A stretch of DNA of 63,772 bases, filler included, from Reticulomyxa filosa (lineage: Eukaryota; Protista; Foraminifera): NCBI GenBank assembly GCA_000512085.1. It is 20 parts of 20 records of this genome, joined end to end, with 100 filler letters (N's around TTAATTAATTAA, not from the genome) between each part and the next. Parts side by side here need not be neighbours in the genome. Positions count along the whole stretch, not along the records: positions 59,720 to 63,772 come from ASPP01035645.1; 19 more parts are not named here. The stretch is one strand, 5' to 3'. The position numbers and the translations under genes are program-made. Below, piece after piece: positions 62,260 to 63,772 of this stretch; the stretch's first letter is position 1; every line of letters begins with the position of its first letter. The notes below the pieces were generated by a model. It was given only the letters and a program-made list of their open reading frames with translations, was not told the DNA's origin and made no database searches.

Positions 62260-63772
62260 TAAGCGCACTGTGCAAAGAAAAAGATGTCGTTCTCGACAAA
62301 GAGACGACATTGTCAATATTTTATTTATTGAGCGGTCAGCTTGGCGACCGTGAAACATTTAGTGTTTGTTGGACCAGTTTGGTCATTGACGAGTGGGATC
62401 CAAACGAGCACAAGGCAACTGATGCTGGAAATTGGTGATCGTGTGAGAACAGCACGTTACAAGATAGGAGTTGTTCGTTTCATTGGACCATTGGACTTTT
62501 CAAGATGTGTGTTGATTTTAGTTAAGCTGGATCGATGGAGCATCATGCAACCGACTGCAGTGTCAATGGCACTCTTATTTTGATTTTATGTGTGGACGTG
62601 GTTATTTCGATTGTATCCGATATCGTCAACACAAGAAACCGCATAGCCAGATTACAAAGCTTACTTCCAAAACGACTATCTTCAAAATTCGTGTCATTCG
62701 TTTCATTTGAACCACCGAGGCAACTGGCACTGATGAAATTACTATTTGGTTTTGTGTTATTTCTGTTTGTAAGAATAAACAACAAATAAATAAATAAATA
62801 TGTATATTTGTTATTATTATTTATAATTAATTTGTTTTTGTTTTTGTGGGATGTAAATGCAAAAGATTGATGTATAGGCGAAACAGTGTTGTTTGAGGTA
62901 TCATATGCTGTGGGCATTTTGCACACAGAAAGGCAATCTCAAATACAGTGTTCCGCAAAAAAGAGCAGCATGACGAACTTCAATGACCTAATGGTAAAGA
63001 CGATTGAGTACGTATAAGAAAAACAACGATGAAGGCGATTGTATAACAATAATAAAAAGAAATAGAAGAAATACTTGTGATTGAATGAAGAAAAAGTGGC
63101 CCATTATTTGACTGGGAAATCCATCAGATTCTGTCCACGGACGATTGACCCGGATGCATATTTGAACACGACGGCGCGATTGGAACCATTTGTTTCTTAG
63201 GAAAAGCTGATTCCAAAGGTCAAATTGCCGTCGTCATTGAGTTGGACGAGTTGTAGACATCTTCAAATAATTGAATTGAAAGAATTCATATCCATTCACA
63301 TTGCCAAGACGATCCGAATGCTTTGAGTGGGTTTTGCTGCTTGGACTTGGGTCAATACGACGGAGTCCAGTCCCGCTTCCAGTTCGTCCAAACTTGCAAA
63401 GTCGGCGAAAAAGTAAAAATGATTCATTGCAAAATGAAGTGAGATCAAGTTCATTGGATTTAGCAAGCGCGATGAAATGATCATTTTGGGATTGCCTAAT
63501 GGAGAAAGGGGGCACATGACGAAGAAAGGGGCACATGACGGAGAAAGGGGCACATAACGGAAAATTCCAAGTCGTGTGAGTTACCAACGGTGACCGTGAT
63601 AGGGTCGACACAAGAGGCAAAGACTTCAAAGTTGGCGGTCGTGTTCGTAAAGGTGTTGTGAAATGGGTTGGCAGACTGACTTTAGTCGCGGCGAGAAACG
63701 GGACCCGAACTCGATAATTGATTGATCGATGATTATGATGGAAGAAATATTCCAAGTTCACAACAACAACAA
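62260..63772 (+). pseudogene. Degenerate multi-CAP-Gly-domain gene
   Basis: LEIGDRVRT..GVVRFIGPLDF..VKLD; FKVGGRVRKGVVKWVG; multiple stops and frameshifts. Confidence 0.7.
63501..63560 (+). repeat. ~19-bp tandem repeat, 3 copies
   Basis: g(g/a)agaaaggggcacat(g/a)ac units. Confidence 0.85.

Overview
This window is not one locus. It is 20 short contigs joined by artificial 100-nt spacers (44 N + TTAATTAATTAA + 44 N), so nothing can be inferred from gene neighbourhood across spacers. Nineteen contigs are AT-rich, intron-containing eukaryotic DNA. Their expanded WD40, Kelch-like, TPR, NACHT-WD40, CAP-Gly and caspase-like families, many pseudogenised, point to a foraminiferan such as Reticulomyxa filosa; this is inferred from family style, not from a search. 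Recognisable host genes include a DENND4-like DENN/PPR protein, a CAMK kinase, asparagine synthetase, a dynein light chain, a DRG GTPase, Rab8, a PPR-SMR protein, a cytochrome-b5-reductase-like protein, a casein kinase 1 pseudogene, a multi-SAM protein and a caspase-like protein lacking the catalytic Cys. One contig (9230-12108) is bacterial and looks like a conjugative-element fragment of an endosymbiont: MobF relaxase N-terminus, TPR remnant, Rpn nuclease with a candidate internal antitoxin start, a miniature ISAs1, and an ankyrin protein with a possible nuclease tail. The most interesting unexplained signals are (i) a within-gene switch from purine-ending to pyrimidine-ending synonymous codons in several host genes and (ii) a three-copy non-coding element with conserved GC hairpins (CTCC-GNRA-GGAG), followed by an A-rich tract and decayed gene sequence. 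All calls are by-eye readings without database searches.
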